Below are positions 10,339 through 19,733 of a stretch of 42,774 bases of DNA, piece by piece (position 1 is the stretch's first letter; each line of letters starts with the position of its first letter). Made by a program: the position numbers and the translations under genes. The notes beneath the pieces are model-generated. The model had not been told where the DNA came from. It ran no database searches and worked only from the letters and a program-made list of their open reading frames with translations. The DNA is taken from contig SLBD01000099.1 in the NCBI GenBank assembly GCA_007126515.1, positions 1-42,774 on the forward strand, in the 5' to 3' direction. Source of the stretch: Kiritimatiellia bacterium (GTDB lineage Bacteria; Verrucomicrobiota; Kiritimatiellia; SLAD01).

Positions 10339-11050
10339 ACGGCGCAGATTGGTAGGCGGCTTTGAGTCGATTGAATTCCTCGACCACTGCTTCCATGATG
10401 GCGGGGTCGTAGGGTCGAACACCGCTAATGATGAGGCGCTTGGAGCCCACACCCAATTGAGTGCCATCTTTCCGCATGGTGAATTCCAAATCGGCGTCCG
10501 CTCTTTTCCCGTCCACGAGCAAATTCGATCCGCTGAACTCGAGCTCCATATTGGCAACATCCAGCCGATCCAGTGAGTAGTCCATGCGATCATAGATGAC
10601 CAGCGGGCGCTGGGGATTGAACATGACTCCGTGAGCTTCCATGAGCGGTTTCAAATAGTGCGGGAAATTTAGACCGGAAAAAGATACGTACCGATGAGTG
10701 AAATCATTGATGGCTAGAGCATCTCGCGTGCAATCGCCATCGCACGTGGCTTCCAAATAGACCTTGCCAGCACGATCTTCGACACAAATCTTGTTCTGCC
10801 CGTCATTGGTGAAAAGTATCGGCGTATCGCGACCCACCATGCGGTGGAATTGAAAGCTCATCCGCTGATACAAGCCAAAGCGATGGAGCACCAGAGCAAA
10901 AAGAAAGTCACCCGGAACACAAAACCGGCGCGCATCTGGGTCATGAATGGGATTCAAATCGCCGGCGATATCTTTTGCAAAATGGCTGGCTTGCTCCGGC
11001 GTAATCGAAATTAAGTCGCCATCTTCGCTGTAATATAACTCTAAATTCAT
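10337..11050 (-). CDS. DUF3581-like protein (MaoC/hot-dog-like N-terminal motif)
   Basis: QASHFAKDIAGDLNPIHDPDARRFCVPGDFLFAL and NPQRPLVIY, recognised from memory as DUF3581 motifs. Confidence 0.8.
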   Translation of the reverse strand: MNLELYYSEDGDLISITPEQASHFAKDIAGDLNPIHDPDARRFCVPGDFLFALVLHRFGLYQRMSFQFHRMVGRDTPILFTNDGQNKICVEDRAGKVYLEATCDGDCTRDALAINDFTHRYVSFSGLNFPHYLKPLMEAHGVMFNPQRPLVIYDRMDYSLDRLDVANMELEFSGSNLLVDGKRADADLEFTMRKDGTQLGVGSKRLIISGVRPYDPAIMEAVVEEFNRLKAAYQSAP

Positions 11051-11133
11051 ACTTTCCTAATCAAGCTGACTGAGATTAGTAGGTTTTTGCTTTCATTGTC
11101 TAGCCTTCAATACCATGTCGTAGCACTCGCTCG

Positions 11134-11556
11134 TCACTCTCCACGCGAATGATCAACTGGCTTGCGCAAAATCTTCTTCTCTCCTTGGTGCCGCTTGTCG
11201 TCGAGCATCCGAGCTTTTTGTCGCTGTGATCGACGCCGCTTCTGGCGTCGGATGCGTTCCCGCTCTTGTTGTTTCCGACTTCTCTCTCCTTCGACCTGTT
11301 CAGCGATGCGCTCGCATAGTTCACGCCGAGCAAGAAAGCGATTTAAGGATTGGGATCTCCCTCGCTGGCACTTAATTTCAATCCCACTGGGCGCGTGTAA
11401 TAGATATACGCAGGAAGATGTCTTATTGAGTTTTTGACCACCCCGTCCCGAGCCCTTGATGAACCGCTCTTCGATATCTGATTCGCGCACGTTCAGTTGC
11501 GCCATGCGTCGAAACAAGGCGGCTTCCTTTTCGGGGCTGACCTTGAAAAGAGGCAT
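11134..11556 (-). CDS. Codon-independent peptidyl-tRNA hydrolase (RF-1 domain; ArfB/C12orf65-like)
   Basis: GSGRGGQKLNKTSS (GGQ motif), RSQSLNR, long Arg/Lys-rich C-terminal tail, no codon-recognition domain. Confidence 0.9.
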   Translation of the reverse strand: MPLFKVSPEKEAALFRRMAQLNVRESDIEERFIKGSGRGGQKLNKTSSCVYLLHAPSGIEIKCQRGRSQSLNRFLARRELCERIAEQVEGERSRKQQERERIRRQKRRRSQRQKARMLDDKRHQGEKKILRKPVDHSRGE

Positions 11557-11586
11557 AACGAGAACATTCTCAAACGCAAACTGTCA

Positions 11587-12471
11587 TCAGGCCGGTTCCA
11601 GCCAATTTTCAAGAAATCCGCGAACCATGCGACCCGTGACCCAACGGCGGTAGTCCGCCGTTGAACGGATATCATCGATCGGCTGCACCTCTTCGGTGAC
11701 ACGCTTCTCTACTTCGGCGAGCGTCGATTCATTTAGAGGACGATTCAGCAACCACTCCTCGATTCCGGTCAGGCGCACACAGGTGGCTGCTACACTTCCG
11801 ATAGCTACCCGAAATGATTGGATTTGGCCATCGAGTACCTGTCCTCGACAACTTCCCATGACCTTGGAAATGGCTTGCGCACGACGCGGCCCCAGCTTTC
11901 GCCAATATTCGCGCGATTCTGCCGACTTTTTAGGCAGGTGAAAACGAATGATCAACTCATCGGGCTGCAGATCAATTTTACGATAGCCTTGCCAAAATTC
12001 GGTGACGGGGATTTCGCGCTCTCGCTCGCGATTGGCGACGACGACTCGACCCTCGGTAATCAACAGCGATGGAGCTAAATCTCCTGCGGGGCTGGCATTG
12101 GCTACACTGCCTCCCACGGTACCCATGGTCTGGATCTGAAAGCCGCCGACTGTGGTGGCCGCCTCCGCCAAAGAGGGTACGTGTTTTTGCACCAAATCGG
12201 AGCTACGCAGTTGCATGTGAGTAACACCTGATCCGATCACCAACTCATCGCCAGCCTCGGAAATCCCCATGAGTTCCGGAAGGCCTTTGACGCTTATGGA
12301 TCGCTCGGGGCGATTCACGACCCCCGACTCCCATTGCACCATTAAATCTGTACCCCCGGCTAAGGGTCGTCCCCGCGTCGATTCATCGGCCATGAGATCC
12401 AACGCTTCGGCCAAACTGGAAGGAAAGGCACAATCCATTTCCTCAAATGAAGTGGGTGTCTTCGTGCTCAC
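11587..12471 (-). CDS. Xanthine dehydrogenase family FAD-binding subunit
   Basis: AGGTDL, GTVGGSVANASPAGD, PIDDIRSTADYR. Confidence 0.93.
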   Translation of the reverse strand: MSTKTPTSFEEMDCAFPSSLAEALDLMADESTRGRPLAGGTDLMVQWESGVVNRPERSISVKGLPELMGISEAGDELVIGSGVTHMQLRSSDLVQKHVPSLAEAATTVGGFQIQTMGTVGGSVANASPAGDLAPSLLITEGRVVVANREREREIPVTEFWQGYRKIDLQPDELIIRFHLPKKSAESREYWRKLGPRRAQAISKVMGSCRGQVLDGQIQSFRVAIGSVAATCVRLTGIEEWLLNRPLNESTLAEVEKRVTEEVQPIDDIRSTADYRRWVTGRMVRGFLENWLEPA

Positions 12472-12474
12472 AAT

Positions 12475-12963
12475 TTATCCTTTCGCTTCAACTGGCCATT
12501 GCTCCGCCGCAGACTGAATGGCTTCTACGATCTTGTCATACCCGGTACATCGACAAATGTTTCCGGCATGAGCTTCTCGAATTTGCGCGGCATCCGTGGT
12601 GGGGTTGCGCGATAACAAGGCGTACGAGGAGACAATCATCCCTGGGATGCAAAAGCCGCATTGCGCAGCTCCCTTCTCAATGTAGGCGGCCTGCAATACT
12701 TTGCCACCCAGCGTCTTTTCTAGACCTTCAACGGTGGTCACAGTCGCACCATCCGGGACTTGCCCCGCTGCCAGCAAGCAGGAGAGAACTGTTTCCCCAT
12801 TCACGATCACTGTGCAGGCTCCACACTCGCCTTCTCCACAGCCTTCTTTAGTTCCTTTCAGCTGTAAGTCTTCCCGCAGCACATCAAGAAAACGCCGCAT
12901 GGGAGGAACTTCGGCTTCGAGCTTTTCTCCATTGATGATCCAAGTACGCTTAATCTTCATCAT
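12475..12963 (-). CDS. Xanthine dehydrogenase family 2x[2Fe-2S] subunit
   Basis: GCGEGECGACT, QCGFCIPG, GNICRCTGY. Confidence 0.95.
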   Translation of the reverse strand: MMKIKRTWIINGEKLEAEVPPMRRFLDVLREDLQLKGTKEGCGEGECGACTVIVNGETVLSCLLAAGQVPDGATVTTVEGLEKTLGGKVLQAAYIEKGAAQCGFCIPGMIVSSYALLSRNPTTDAAQIREAHAGNICRCTGYDKIVEAIQSAAEQWPVEAKG

Positions 12964-12973
12964 AGTGGCTCCC

Positions 12974-15292
12974 TTATGCCGTCAATCGTTGCGATCGCGA
13001 AAGTTCTTCAAACAGGCGTTCCGGTGTCAAAGGCAAATCACGCAGACGAACCCCCGAGGCGGCTTCCAACGCATTGGCAATAGCAGGTGCCAAGCCATCC
13101 ATGGGCGCTTCGCCAACCCCCTTAGCACCCGGTTGGCAGTGATCCCAAGGATACTCGACAAAATGCAAATCCATCTCAGGTCCATCGACAGAGGTTGGAA
13201 TCACATAGGTCTGCATGCGATCTGCGTCATATTTCCCGGCCTTGATCGCAAGCTTCTCCATCATTGCATATCCCAATGCCTGGATGAGCCCCCCCTGCAC
13301 CTGCCCCATGGCCAATACGGGATTCAAAATGCGGCCAATGTCAAAGAAAGCGGTCACTTTGGTGACGCGGAATTCACAGGTCAACGTATCCACTTCGACT
13401 TCCGCCACATTACATCCCCACGCATAAGCGGGATACGCATCGCCAACAAAGTTTTCTTGATCCCATTTGACATAGTCTGGCAGCTTGAACTGATCATAGA
13501 CTCTGAACGGCCCGTGACTGGCAAGATAAGCGGCGGCCCCTTCGACGAAAGGAATGCTGCGATTGTCGTACTCCGCACGGAATTGATTTTCAACCAGTTC
13601 CGTGGGTTGTCCGTCGAACAACGTCTCTGAGACAAATGATTCAAGATCCGCTTTCATCTTTTGTCCCGCACTGTAGATAGTGCTGCCCACAACCATGGCC
13701 GTTCGTGAAGCGACAGTGGGGCCGCTGTCCGGGACTTTGAAGGTATCTGGCATTGGATAATCTACGTGAGTGACATCAATGCCCAGTGCATCTGCGGCTA
13801 CTTGTGGCAAGATCGTGCCGGTCCCCTGCCCCATTTCCGTTGAGCTGACGCGCACATTGACAATCGGAGTGCCATCTGCTCGCGTCTCAAGGTCCAACGC
13901 CACCTTGGATTTCATCCGAGCTTCGCCGTCGCCAGTAAATCCTGATCCATGCGCGAAGAACGATAATCCAATCCCGTACCAGAGTCGTTCTCCAGATTTA
14001 CCGCGACTACATTGTTGCCATTTTTCCGCAAACTGGCAGCGTTCCAATGTTTTCTCCAGGACTTCAGGCGATCCAACACTGTCCCGCAATAAGCCGCCAG
14101 TGGGAGTCACGTCCCCTTCGTGCAGGCAGTTCTTCAGTCGAAACGCATCGGGTGTCATACCGCAGGCTGCGGCTAGCTCGTCAATCAGTGATTCCCATGC
14201 CCACAAGGCTTGTGGAGCACCAAATCCGCGGAACGCGCCGTTGGGGAACGTATTTGTCCGATACACATGTCCGTCAATCGAGACATTCTCACAACGGTAT
14301 CCCATGGCTGCATGTAAGATCCCTCGATACATGACCACAGGACTCAGAGTTGTGTAGGCTCCGCCGTCGAGGACAAAGTCACATTCGATGGCACGAATCG
14401 TCCCGTCCTTCATCACTCCAACGCGATAATGCGACCACGAAGGATGTCTTTTGGTCGAATAGAGGATGTCTTGGTTCCGGTCATAAATCATTTTAATGGG
14501 GCGCTTGGTCTTTAGGGCAAGCAATGCACAATAGCCCGCAATTAAGGTGGGAAATTCTTCTTTTCCTCCGAAAGCCCCCCCGACGGCCGACTGTTTAACG
14601 CGCAGTTTTTCAGGCGGAATATCCAGCGTCTCGCATAGTTCAGGGTTGATATAGTACGGACACTGCATACTGCCGTGAATAAACATAGTGCCGTCCCGCT
14701 CCGGGATCGCCACCATCCCCTGGGGCTCGATGTAGAGCTGCTCTTGATGCCCAGCTGTATATTCACGCTCAAGCACGATGTCGGCATCCTTCAAGGCGCT
14801 AGCGGCATCGCCTTTGCGGATCGTTTGACCCGACAGTTTATGCAGCTTGGCCGGATCCTCTTTGTAGACGGCGACCATTTCTTGTAGAGTCAGCAAGGCG
14901 GGACGCTCTTCCACATCCACCTTGAAGTGAGCGGCGGCCTGCTTGGCTACATGCAAACTGGGAGCCGCCACTAGAGCAAGCGGCTCGCCCAAATACTGAA
15001 TCTCATCATGAGCGATGAAGGGCATATCCCGCCCCATCATATCGACGATATTGTTTCCAGGAATGTCTTCAGGAGTTACAACCGCGACTTGCGACCAATC
15101 AAATGCGGGATCGCGAGATAAAGATTTCAATTTCCCGCAGGCAACAGGAGCGCGGACGACAGCGCCGTACCATGTGTCGGGAACATGGAAATCATCGGCA
15201 TACTCGGCTTTACCACTGACCTTGTCGGCGGCATCCAGCCGGGGTATCCCTTGCCCAATGACTCGATACGCTCCTCGCTCTTGAACTGTCAT
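12974..15292 (-). CDS. Xanthine dehydrogenase family molybdopterin-binding subunit
   Basis: GGAFGGKEE, AFRGFGAPQ, EMGQG, TVASR, GQVQGG, AKGVGE. Confidence 0.95.
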   Translation of the reverse strand: MTVQERGAYRVIGQGIPRLDAADKVSGKAEYADDFHVPDTWYGAVVRAPVACGKLKSLSRDPAFDWSQVAVVTPEDIPGNNIVDMMGRDMPFIAHDEIQYLGEPLALVAAPSLHVAKQAAAHFKVDVEERPALLTLQEMVAVYKEDPAKLHKLSGQTIRKGDAASALKDADIVLEREYTAGHQEQLYIEPQGMVAIPERDGTMFIHGSMQCPYYINPELCETLDIPPEKLRVKQSAVGGAFGGKEEFPTLIAGYCALLALKTKRPIKMIYDRNQDILYSTKRHPSWSHYRVGVMKDGTIRAIECDFVLDGGAYTTLSPVVMYRGILHAAMGYRCENVSIDGHVYRTNTFPNGAFRGFGAPQALWAWESLIDELAAACGMTPDAFRLKNCLHEGDVTPTGGLLRDSVGSPEVLEKTLERCQFAEKWQQCSRGKSGERLWYGIGLSFFAHGSGFTGDGEARMKSKVALDLETRADGTPIVNVRVSSTEMGQGTGTILPQVAADALGIDVTHVDYPMPDTFKVPDSGPTVASRTAMVVGSTIYSAGQKMKADLESFVSETLFDGQPTELVENQFRAEYDNRSIPFVEGAAAYLASHGPFRVYDQFKLPDYVKWDQENFVGDAYPAYAWGCNVAEVEVDTLTCEFRVTKVTAFFDIGRILNPVLAMGQVQGGLIQALGYAMMEKLAIKAGKYDADRMQTYVIPTSVDGPEMDLHFVEYPWDHCQPGAKGVGEAPMDGLAPAIANALEAASGVRLRDLPLTPERLFEELSRSQRLTA

Positions 15293-15402
15293 TGCCTCTC
15301 TCCTGTCATCGTTCTATGTCTCAGTTCCATGACTCAATCGTCTATGTATCAAGGGGAAAATATGACACAGGTCTACGGGCACCGCAACAGGTTTTCGGAC
15401 GT

Positions 15403-15780
15403 TTACCGATTCCAAAGCATTAACTCCACGGGGGGGCCATCCTGTGGATGGCGCAATCGATGCAAGGACGCAGCAATGGATTGCTCTTCCACATCGACCT
15501 CAATGCTCTCAGATTGAAGTGACCAAGGCGCCACCGACTCAGTAAAGTCGTCGAGCCTCTCCTGCCAGTGCGCAACCGCCATTGTCTGCAAATGAACCGC
15601 TGACGCTCGGGCCGCATCCGAATAACGCTCGGCGCGAAGGGACAAGAAGAGGGCTTGTCCCACAGCCACGGCAAAGAATCCGAGAATGAGCAGGGAAACA
15701 AGAACTTCTACAAACGTAAATCCCGCCTCAGGAGAACTCTCGGCCACCCTATAAATGGGCGCTGGAAATTTCTGCCGCAT
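15403..15780 (-). CDS. Minor (pseudo)pilin with prepilin cleavage motif (GspI/PilV-like)
   Basis: AG|FTFVEVLVSLLILG type III signal; start re-called to MRQKF, overlapping the gspG end. Confidence 0.75.
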   Translation of the reverse strand: MRQKFPAPIYRVAESSPEAGFTFVEVLVSLLILGFFAVAVGQALFLSLRAERYSDAARASAVHLQTMAVAHWQERLDDFTESVAPWSLQSESIEVDVEEQSIAASLHRLRHPQDGPPVELMLWNR

Positions 15781-16204
15781 GACCGGTGCCCCCGGGTTCG
15801 CCGTCGCTACCGTAGGAAATAATCTCGAATCGTTCCCCCGATCGTCCCGGTATAAGGAAGATGTATTCATTCCCCCAAGGATCCACAGGGATGCGGTTGC
15901 GACCCAAGTAGCCTCCCTCAGGAAAGTCACGAGGTACGGGAGGACGCGTGGGTCGCTGAACCAACGCCTCTAATCCCTGTTCCTGTGTGGGGAAACGGCC
16001 GTGATCCGCGTAAAAAGCATACAGAGCTTGCTCGAGTACGCCGATCTGTAGAATTGCCGTATTGACGCGCGATTCGCTGACATGTCTGACAACGTTCACA
16101 GTGACAATGCCAGCCAACCCCATAATGATCACCATCACGACAAGGACCTCAATGAGAGTGAATCCTTGGCATTTGCGGTCAGATGTATTGATCGGTTCTT
16201 TCAT
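15749..16204 (-). CDS. gspG: T2SS major pseudopilin GspG
   Basis: G|FTLIEVLVVMVI, FPTQEQGLEALV, DPWGNEY, SYGSDGEPGG; start re-called to MKEPIN. Confidence 0.93.
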   Translation of the reverse strand: MKEPINTSDRKCQGFTLIEVLVVMVIIMGLAGIVTVNVVRHVSESRVNTAILQIGVLEQALYAFYADHGRFPTQEQGLEALVQRPTRPPVPRDFPEGGYLGRNRIPVDPWGNEYIFLIPGRSGERFEIISYGSDGEPGGTGHAAEISSAHL

Positions 16205-16221
16205 GTCCAATATCACTTGCG

Positions 16222-17154
16222 TTACTGCATAAACCATTCAATGGTACGGCTCAAACCTTCTTGCAACTCTACGCGTGGTTCCCAGTTTAGCAACGTTCGG
16301 GCTCGACTGGAATCGGCCTGAGAATCACGCACGTCTCCTTCCCGAGAGGGTTCGTGCACGGGGGCGATCTCTTTATTCATGAGCGAGCCGATTTGATTCG
16401 CAAGATCTTTGATGGACAACCGGTTTCCCCAGGCCAAGTTGAAAACCCCTCCCGCCGCTTCATCACCTGCCTCAAGACAACATAGATTTCCAGCCACAAC
16501 ATCATCCACAAATGTGAAGTCGCGCGTTTGCTCCCCATCGCCATGAATCGTTGGGGGCTGGTCCTGTTTAAATGCATTGATGAATAATGGGATCACGGCA
16601 GCATAGTGTGACGCCGGATCTTGGCGCGGACCGAACACATTGAAATACCTCAAGGAAAAGGTCTTCAGACCATATAGCTCAGTAAAAATCCGGGCATAGT
16701 GCTCTCCTGCCAGTTTCGACAGCGCATATGGAGAAAGAGGCTCAGGACGCATATCCTCCTGTTTAGGCAAAACCGGGGTGTTGCCATACACAGATGAAGA
16801 AGAGCTCAATACAAACCGTTCAACACCTGCTTCACGAGCTGCAAGTAACAGATTCAAGGTCCCACTGACATTCACTTCGTGTGTGCTTAGTGGATCTTGA
16901 ACCGAGCGGGCTACCGAAGGTAATGCGCCGAAATGGAATATGGCTTGAACTCCCAAGCAGGCATTGAACAAGGCATCGGGGTCTCGCAAATCTCCCACTT
17001 GCAGATCGATATCATCTTTGATCTCAGCGACATTATCATGGCGGCCGGTGGAAAAATTGTCGAGTACACGGACAGATTTCCCCCTCTCCAACAATGCCCG
17101 AACCAAATTGGATCCGATGAATCCTGCTCCTCCCGTAACTAAACAATCAGCCAT
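16222..17154 (-). CDS. NAD-dependent epimerase/dehydratase (UDP-hexose/HexNAc 4-epimerase-like)
   Basis: TGGAGFIGSN, SSSSSVYG, YALSK, YFNVFGPRQD. Confidence 0.93.
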   Translation of the reverse strand: MADCLVTGGAGFIGSNLVRALLERGKSVRVLDNFSTGRHDNVAEIKDDIDLQVGDLRDPDALFNACLGVQAIFHFGALPSVARSVQDPLSTHEVNVSGTLNLLLAAREAGVERFVLSSSSSVYGNTPVLPKQEDMRPEPLSPYALSKLAGEHYARIFTELYGLKTFSLRYFNVFGPRQDPASHYAAVIPLFINAFKQDQPPTIHGDGEQTRDFTFVDDVVAGNLCCLEAGDEAAGGVFNLAWGNRLSIKDLANQIGSLMNKEIAPVHEPSREGDVRDSQADSSRARTLLNWEPRVELQEGLSRTIEWFMQ

Positions 17155-17175
17155 TTCGACTCCTTCTTACACAAC

Positions 17176-19605
17176 TCATCCACCTAATCGAAGCTCCAGT
17201 CGAGGCAGCGCCAGCAAAGCGACATGCGCCCACACCCGCCATTCCTCATCATCCCCTTCTGTCAAACGTCCTCGAACCCCAACACCCAGGACCGTACAAT
17301 CGAAGCGGCGCTGAACAAGATATCGCTGTTCCTCTAAATCACCCTCTTCCAAATCAAATCGCCAATAGGCTTGGTAAGACCACTGGCCGCGCGGAAAGAG
17401 TACAAGATCCGCTTGCGCCGTTTGTCGTCGATCCCGGTTGTATCGGTATTCCAATCCTAAACTGCTGCGATCCTGTGCAAAAAAGCGTACACGGGTATTA
17501 AATAAGCGCATCTCATTATCGTACCAGTCATACGCGCCATCAAAATCTATATTGACCCAGTCAGCCAAACGCAAGCGGGCATTATAAAATAAGTCATCAA
17601 AATCCTCCTCGCCTTTTTCAGGATCGAGTCGGAAAAACGTAAACGTCTCGACATCGAGAAAGTCATGAACTCGCTGTCCTCGGCGGGCATGCTGATCCAT
17701 CATCTCTAACTCAGTATCTGTCCACTCGTCACCAATCGATCCCATCGGACGTGTGGCGCCTTGCTGCCGGCGGGTTTGCAGCTTATTCCTCACTCCCAAT
17801 CGAATATCATGCCGCTTATCCAGCCGGTCGATGGCATCAAATTGGTACAAATCATCGGGACGAAGGTTGGGTTCTGGAACCCATGTATAGCGAGCAGACG
17901 GCTCAACAATATGGCGCAAGCCCGTCCCGAGATAATTCGGATACTCATTCAGCACGCGAAACGCCTTAAAGGAGCTATCGACCCCAAATTCAAAAAGACT
18001 ACGAAACTCTGCTCCACCATCTTCGAAGAAGGTTGTAACCTCTTCCTCAAACACAAACAGTCCTTGTTCATCCAAGATCAATTCGCCGTCCTCATCAAAC
18101 TGGGGAATGATATCCGTGATTGTGGTTTGTTGCGGCGCGGCGGAGTACCATGTACCGCGATAAGAAGCGCGAGGAATGACATTCAGAAAGCCAGCCATTC
18201 GAGTGGGGAAAAGAATGGTATGTAACGTATCGGCTCGCAAGGAATCGTAGTCTTCCAATTCTGCGAACTCAGGGAAGACACGCTCTAAATTGCTGCCCCG
18301 GTGTTCGCTCTCATAAAAGAAACCCGTCTCGCCTATCTCTTGTCGAAATATATCCAGAGAAAGCTCCGGCAGCCGATTCACATTCTCATAAAAATCATTG
18401 AGGCGGAAATTAAACAGGATGCCTGCGTTAAAATTATCGCCTCGATGCGTAAGCGCCGCTCTGTTGGCCGGTTGGACATTGCGTCGAAATTCACGATCAA
18501 AGAAGTCTTCCAGCATGAACGGATCGCTGACATAATTGACATCAGCCAACAGCAAATTTCGCTCTGCGAATCGTTGCGAATGTTGAAAGCCAATCCAATA
18601 CCGATCACTGTCGACTAGGCCTTCTCGAATCAGAGCTTGCCTCTCAGAGCGAATCGGACGGTCATCATTTGCATAATACGCTTGAAATCGCCCTCGCATG
18701 CCCTGCTCGGGCACGTCCCATCGAAATCGCTGCCCTCCAGCCAGTCCCCGCTTACTACGATAATCGAACAGGGTGGATGACTGAACGCCGGGAATCGGCG
18801 AAAAGTTATAGGACGTGAGCAAGAACGCCCCCATGCGGCTGCTGTACCCAGGCACAAATTGCCAATTGCTGTCACGGTTAAAATCACGTTTGAGAAAGGG
18901 TGTGTAGAAAATCGGGATACCATACAACTGTGCAACGGCATGACGCGCTCTCAGGACATGACCGTCCGTAATGGTTGCGCGACGAGCCCTCACAACAAAC
19001 TCTTGACGTTCATCCACACTGCAGGTTGTTACACGGGCGCTTTGCAACTCGATCAGCGACGGCGATACCTGTCGCGACTCGCGAGCGGTAACATAGAACG
19101 GATCATAAAATAGCAAGAATTCACCAAAATCACCTTGGCGCGTACGAAAATTGTAGCTTAACTCCTCGCCTTCCCATGTCCGATCACCACGCCTCATGGT
19201 GATGTTACCTTGCGCCCTCGCCTCCTGCGATTCCATATCGAATTCGACAAAGTCAGCGCGCAGGACGTCTATACCTTGCTGGATTAAGACATTTCCAATG
19301 GCTGTCATGATCCTGCGGTCTGAATCAAACTCAAGGCGATCCGCATCGATTTCAACCCGCCCTTGTTGCTGCTCGGGGGCGACCTGCGTTTCTCGTCCGC
19401 TCGCAACCGTTGCGGGGCTGGGCGAGAGCCTGCCACGTGGAACCGGTTGTTGTTGCGGAGGAGGTTGTGCTTCGTCCGCAGTACGGCGCAAGTATTGTGC
19501 TTCAACGCCTCGGTATAACAGGCAGCCCCATACGATGAGCACAATTTGAAGATATCGATTCATCCGTCGCATAAAGATTCTCTTTTTCGATCCATGTGGC
19601 CACAC
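17176..19605 (-). CDS. lptD: LPS-assembly protein LptD
   Basis: Signal peptide, OstA-like jellyroll (IDADRLEFD...AIGNV), TTC motif, PIFYTP, C-terminal beta-barrel; exact start uncertain. Confidence 0.85.
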   Translation of the reverse strand: MWPHGSKKRIFMRRMNRYLQIVLIVWGCLLYRGVEAQYLRRTADEAQPPPQQQPVPRGRLSPSPATVASGRETQVAPEQQQGRVEIDADRLEFDSDRRIMTAIGNVLIQQGIDVLRADFVEFDMESQEARAQGNITMRRGDRTWEGEELSYNFRTRQGDFGEFLLFYDPFYVTARESRQVSPSLIELQSARVTTCSVDERQEFVVRARRATITDGHVLRARHAVAQLYGIPIFYTPFLKRDFNRDSNWQFVPGYSSRMGAFLLTSYNFSPIPGVQSSTLFDYRSKRGLAGGQRFRWDVPEQGMRGRFQAYYANDDRPIRSERQALIREGLVDSDRYWIGFQHSQRFAERNLLLADVNYVSDPFMLEDFFDREFRRNVQPANRAALTHRGDNFNAGILFNFRLNDFYENVNRLPELSLDIFRQEIGETGFFYESEHRGSNLERVFPEFAELEDYDSLRADTLHTILFPTRMAGFLNVIPRASYRGTWYSAAPQQTTITDIIPQFDEDGELILDEQGLFVFEEEVTTFFEDGGAEFRSLFEFGVDSSFKAFRVLNEYPNYLGTGLRHIVEPSARYTWVPEPNLRPDDLYQFDAIDRLDKRHDIRLGVRNKLQTRRQQGATRPMGSIGDEWTDTELEMMDQHARRGQRVHDFLDVETFTFFRLDPEKGEEDFDDLFYNARLRLADWVNIDFDGAYDWYDNEMRLFNTRVRFFAQDRSSLGLEYRYNRDRRQTAQADLVLFPRGQWSYQAYWRFDLEEGDLEEQRYLVQRRFDCTVLGVGVRGRLTEGDDEEWRVWAHVALLALPRLELRLGG

Positions 19606-19733
19606 AGTATTCAGCCACTAGAATGCCATTGGCGTTGCACGATAACACACGCACTTTGGCAACTCCAAGCGCTATGTGATGGGCTCATGAAAAGCAGGGG
19701 CAACTGCGATTTGCCCCAAACGACGTCGGGTCT

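Noticed and set aside
12701-14357. Long plus-strand ORFs (309 aa, 195 aa) and similar antisense ORFs over clpB, tig and the sigma-like gene
   Set aside because: Antisense to well-supported genes and no recognisable motifs
12974-15292. Aerobic CO dehydrogenase CoxL
   Set aside because: Has AFRGFG rather than AYxCSFR or AYxGAGR
15340-15402. Purine-riboswitch-like words (ATATG...GTCTAC...GGGCACCG) upstream of the XDH genes
   Set aside because: They lie on the strand opposite to xdh transcription and the P2/P3 stems do not pair
15781-15930. Long N-terminus of the minor pilin ORF
   Set aside because: It overlaps gspG in another frame; the prepilin motif fits a start at 15780
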